Of a stretch of 36,042 nt of DNA, positions 35,964 to 36,042 are shown in pieces. Below the pieces are notes generated by a model that worked only from the letters and a program-made list of their open reading frames with translations, had not been told where the DNA came from and ran no database searches. Origin of the DNA: an uncultured Calditrichota bacterium (GTDB lineage: Bacteria > Calditrichota > Calditrichia > Calditrichales > CAYPHA01); NCBI GenBank assembly GCA_964410215.1, contig CAYPHA010000043.1:1-36042 (forward strand), read 5' to 3'. How positions within the stretch are numbered: the first letter of the stretch is position 1; each line of letters opens with the position of its first letter. The translations under genes and the position numbers were made by a program.

Positions 35964-36042
35964 ATAGAAAAGCCACATTCCCCTGGGGGAGTGAACAGCG
36001 TTATAATACTTTCAGTCATTACCAGAAAAAACAGTATGGTGA
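35960..36042 (+). CDS. 5' end of a probable TIGR01212/YhcC-YtqA-family radical SAM gene (27 codons visible; continues beyond the window)
   Basis: ATG at 35960 overlaps the NTPase stop (ATGA). Translation MNRKATFPWGSEQRYNTFSHYQKKQYG fits the conserved N-terminal P-W-G-x3-Y-x-S/T-F/L-x2-H/Y-x-K-x2-F/Y-G pattern of this family. Based on recall of the family signature, not a search. Confidence 0.3.
   Translation, partial: MNRKATFPWGSEQRYNTFSHYQKKQYG

Noticed and set aside
1-36042. CRISPR arrays, tRNA/rRNA genes, IS elements, integrases, prophage genes
   Set aside because: I scanned the intergenic regions and the ORF list. I found no regularly spaced repeats, no cloverleaf-like segments in the few non-coding stretches over 100 nt, and no transposase- or integrase-like ORFs.

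Overview
This is a 36-kb, roughly 50% GC, gene-dense chromosomal window containing about 30 protein-coding genes on both strands. There are no rRNA or tRNA genes, no CRISPR array, and no transposases or integrases. Three secreted peptidases carry the C-terminal NYPNPFN...YFYR T9SS sorting domain, so the source is most likely an FCB-superphylum bacterium. Most genes nevertheless have a purine-rich Shine-Dalgarno sequence 5-9 nt upstream of the start codon. The genes, in order: an SDR oxidoreductase fragment, a Tat-exported D-aminoacylase plus a membrane protein, a secreted M3B oligoendopeptidase F, an SPFH/band-7 protein, a small unlisted ribbon-helix-helix ORF, an Omp85-like outer-membrane barrel, a 2-hydroxyacid dehydrogenase, AnmK, a B3/4-domain protein, two tandem S8 subtilases and a 1191-aa M36-like metalloprotease (all T9SS cargo), a DjlA-like J-domain protein, a DUF1232 protein, an orphan PAS sensor histidine kinase, an AddB-like/AddA-like helicase-nuclease pair, an MBL-fold hydrolase, a metG-tatD-rsmA-mgtE string on the minus strand, and a THEP1-like NTPase followed by the start of a radical-SAM gene. 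I did not find a clearly novel multi-gene system. The most unusual items are the unlisted RHH ORF with an upstream repeat array, the DjlA variant with a zinc ribbon linked to an orphan kinase, the T9SS protease island, and the AddB-AddA gene order.
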